DNA from: Octopus vulgaris
Lineage: Eukaryota
Assembly (NCBI GenBank): GCA_951406725.2
Contig: OX597822.1
Span: 58,342,001-58,406,000 of the forward strand
Direction: 5' to 3'
DNA: 64,000 nucleotides
The notes beneath the pieces were generated by a model that did not search any database, was not told the DNA's origin, and was given only the letters and a program-made list of their open reading frames with translations. Position numbers and translations under genes: made by a program. Shown piece after piece: positions 63,781-64,000 of the stretch; the stretch's first letter is position 1, and every line of letters starts with the position of its first letter.

Positions 63781-64000
63781 TCAATATAAGTTTGTCTGCA
63801 TTTTATTCCCTCTTGTTACAAGCCACACTGACAGACATCAACAACCATGGACCTCCATACCTTCCTGTCCAACACCCTATGTGTTGTTGTGTATATTATG
63901 TGAAGTCTAAAGCATCAGGATTTTTGTTAGAAAAAATACAGCATTGGTTTCCTAAAGTTTACTCTGCTAGTTTCTTGCACTCTCAAGTTTACCCTTAAGG

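Overview
AT-rich, repeat-dense eukaryotic DNA with no recognisable host protein-coding gene (intergenic or a long intron). The repeat families look like those of an octopus genome; this is from recall and is unverified. Class I elements: a young, 5'-truncated CR1-group LINE with an open RT frame (36.8-38.5 kb, -), several RTE-clade LINE fragments, many short elements sharing the RTE 3' end and (GAT)n tail, and at least four tRNA-type SINE families, often nested with visible TSDs. Class II elements: three Tc1/mariner-superfamily relics (internally deleted mariner, DD36E-spaced Tc1, DD41D-spaced), piggyBac-, hAT- and mariner-type MITEs, and a Helentron/HINE-like element. The most notable signal is a tandem array of 62-68 nt modules downstream of the RTE ORF and in its short derivatives; each module can fold into a compact H-type pseudoknot inside a closing helix. 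Also notable are an ~830 bp near-perfect palindrome centred on (TA)n, a ~95 bp duplication flanking a short RTE-tail insertion, three hammerhead-like relics and a FOX+RFX motif cluster. Family labels (A, B, D, 1, 2) are working names for this window. Boundaries of old repeats are approximate, read by eye.
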